A DNA stretch of 64,000 nucleotides from Candidatus Howiella intestinavium (lineage in GTDB: Bacteria > Bacillota > Clostridia > Oscillospirales > Acutalibacteraceae): assembly GCA_904420585.1 (NCBI GenBank), contig CAJFVX010000021.1, forward strand, positions 19,319 to 83,318, in the 5' to 3' direction. The notes under the pieces were generated by a model. The model saw only the letters and a program-made list of their open reading frames with translations, was not told the origin of the DNA and did not search any database. The translations under genes were made by a program, and so were the position numbers. How positions within the stretch are numbered: position 1 is the first letter of the stretch; the number at the start of each line of letters is the position of its first letter. Positions 63,660-64,000 of the stretch are shown one piece after another.

Positions 63660-64000
63660 TTAGGCCCATCTCTTTTTCTCGAGCACCCGGACGGCCAGGA
63701 AGAGGAAGATGCCTATGAGGCTCAGGAAAAAGATGATGTTGGAAAGATCCACGACTCCCGTTACAAAGGCCTGGTACCGGCCGTTGAAGGAGATCCAGTT
63801 CACAACGGTCTGCACAATCGTATTGGTGGTCATGGAGGGGAGCAGATCGATGAGGGAGAGCAGCAGGGAAATGGCAAGGCTCCCCAGGGCGGCCACGGCC
63901 TGGCTCTCGGTTAAGGAGGAGATGAAAAGGCCGATGGCGATGAGGGCGCCGCCGAAAAGCAGCACGCCCAGCAGGTTGCCGATGAAGATCATCCAGTCAA
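63660..64000 (-). CDS. ABC-2 family permease (C-terminal part; 5' end outside window)
   Basis: The ORF is open to the window edge. Hydrophobic C-terminal TMs (LGVLLFGGALIAIGLFISSL ... IIFFLSLIGIFLFLAVRVL). Confidence 0.7.
   Translation of the reverse strand, partial: DWMIFIGNLLGVLLFGGALIAIGLFISSLTESQAVAALGSLAISLLLSLIDLLPSMTTNTIVQTVVNWISFNGRYQAFVTGVVDLSNIIFFLSLIGIFLFLAVRVLEKKRWA

Noticed and set aside
61884-63914. 676-aa plus-strand ORF, plus 60262-61308 and 61540-62268 (+)
   Set aside because: They lie antisense to the GldG-like, DUF4340-like and ABC-2 genes, which show coherent TM and ectodomain organisation and translational coupling.

Overview
The window looks like a chromosome segment of a high-GC, spore-forming Clostridia-type bacterium (gpr, spoIIP, rpsT, PFOR/nifJ, pduL). 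About 48 protein genes can be supported. No rRNA, tRNA, CRISPR array, transposase or integrase was seen. Housekeeping and regulatory blocks occupy 1-21 kb (CHAP-dockerin hydrolase, AIM24-like, OmpR/HK two-component system plus ABC-2 exporter, a 1471-aa GH31-CBM-Big_2-dockerin enzyme, XRE regulator, preQ1-I riboswitch plus queT, CNNM/TlyC, nifJ) and 47-64 kb (AraC operon, transglutaminase-like, UDG, pduL, GNAT, rpsT, gpr-spoIIP, GldG/DUF4340 ABC-2 system). The middle (20.9-46.8 kb) is an accessory glycan island that is more AT-rich in parts. It has three sections. First, two surface proteins sit behind two tandem consensus promoters. Second comes an alpha-1,6-mannan-type block with GH125, four GH76 paralogs (three lipoproteins, one without a signal peptide) and a lipoprotein binding protein. 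Third is a tightly packed seven-gene operon: a 1011-aa CBM-bearing solute-binding protein, two MalF/MalG permease pairs, an NHL-TPR-Yip1 membrane protein and an 853-aa orphan exoprotein, with no ATPase or regulator. That operon is my best candidate for an undescribed system. Other notable points are a shared TTTTGTGCAA operator-like motif at three promoter regions of the island, and a three-member paralog family carrying one N-terminal module on either a TM anchor or a dockerin. Three cargos (CHAP, GH31, unknown) carry DVMxxC[KR]-type dockerins. A histidine kinase has a repeat-containing Pro-rich N-terminal extension. Many long ORFs in the six-frame track are antisense shadows typical of high-GC DNA and were rejected.
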